Positions 63,501 through 64,000 of a stretch of DNA of 64,000 bases are shown here, in pieces. The notes under the pieces are model-generated. The model saw only the letters and a program-made list of their open reading frames with translations. It made no database searches and had not been told where the DNA came from. The stretch comes from Selaginella moellendorffii (Eukaryota > Plantae > Lycopodiophyta): positions 2,551,710-2,615,709 of the forward strand of contig NW_003314264.1 of the NCBI RefSeq assembly GCF_000143415.4. Reading direction: 5' to 3'. The first letter of the stretch is position 1. Each line of letters begins with the position of its first letter. A program made the translations under genes and the position numbers.

Positions 63501-64000
63501 AACCCTTCCAGCCAAGGGTCCATAGCAACTAAGATTTAGTGTCCCTATCCCATCACCATATCTTTGGTGCCATTTACACCAAAGTGTTCAAGTTAAATAT
63601 GTCAAACTTTCACACTAAGCAATTTAATTGTACATCACAACTTTAAGGCATCCCCAACTTAGCAATAGGCCCAAGCCAACCTCCTTACTAAGAGTTTATG
63701 ATCATTAAAAAATGAGTATCCTCATATTTCAAACCATCAACACACTTTAGTAAATTTGAGACTCGAACCTAAATGTTATAGGTTTAGGACTCGAACTCAA
63801 CCTCCACATATACATCTACAAATGGCATCACCTAGGATGCCTGATATGACTCCCCACATCGATGCACCAATTTAAACTCAAAACACATATGGATTATAGC
63901 TTAGGAACTTAATTCCTTTGAGCTTTCAAGTCCTCTCACTTGACAAGCTTGCTAATCAGCTTACGATCATACATAGACTCCTCCATGCTAACCCCATATG
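60565..64000 (-). mobile_element. Decayed long-LTR element: 3' LTR 60565-61979 plus internal region running off the window
   Basis: Reverse complement of 17360-20673; PPT complement actccaccac at 61980. Confidence 0.85.
63113..63461. mobile_element. Solo LTR of 349 bp from another family
   Basis: TG..CA ends, TSD TCTGG/TTTGG; the host element sequence resumes on either side. Confidence 0.8.

Overview
Plant nuclear DNA, most likely from a compact-genome non-seed land plant such as the lycophyte Selaginella. This is an inference from the ~50-nt introns, very short intergenic gaps, the intronless PLS-E PPR gene and a Tcn1-like chromovirus. The first 12.5 kb is gene-dense: ABC1K7-like kinase (-), FREE1/FYVE1 (+), an SP4/YXY extensin spanning an assembly gap (-), a PLS-E PPR gene (-) and an SPL8-type SBP-box gene (-). 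The remaining ~51 kb is a nested transposon block. It holds several copies of a long-LTR non-autonomous retroelement, a 673-bp TRIM plus solo LTRs, a structurally complete self-priming chromovirus, a second 5'-truncated chromovirus whose integrase region contains two short GT-AG intron-like inserts, and a decayed MULE transposase. The most notable element is a 13.1-kb TIR-bounded DNA transposon (24952-38034). It encodes a Sola1-like DDD transposase and, divergently, a spliced cargo gene with ParB/Srx-like, amino-methyltransferase-like and FCP1/NIF-phosphatase-like segments. More than 20 copies of a 22-bp palindrome (ATGGCRTG-N6-CAYGCCAT) are spread through it, which recalls a ParB/parS arrangement. 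A second decayed beta-class amino-methyltransferase (DFPY ... IDCTIGS) lies at ~54.4-55.2 kb. All domain calls come from manual motif recognition and need HMM or structure confirmation.
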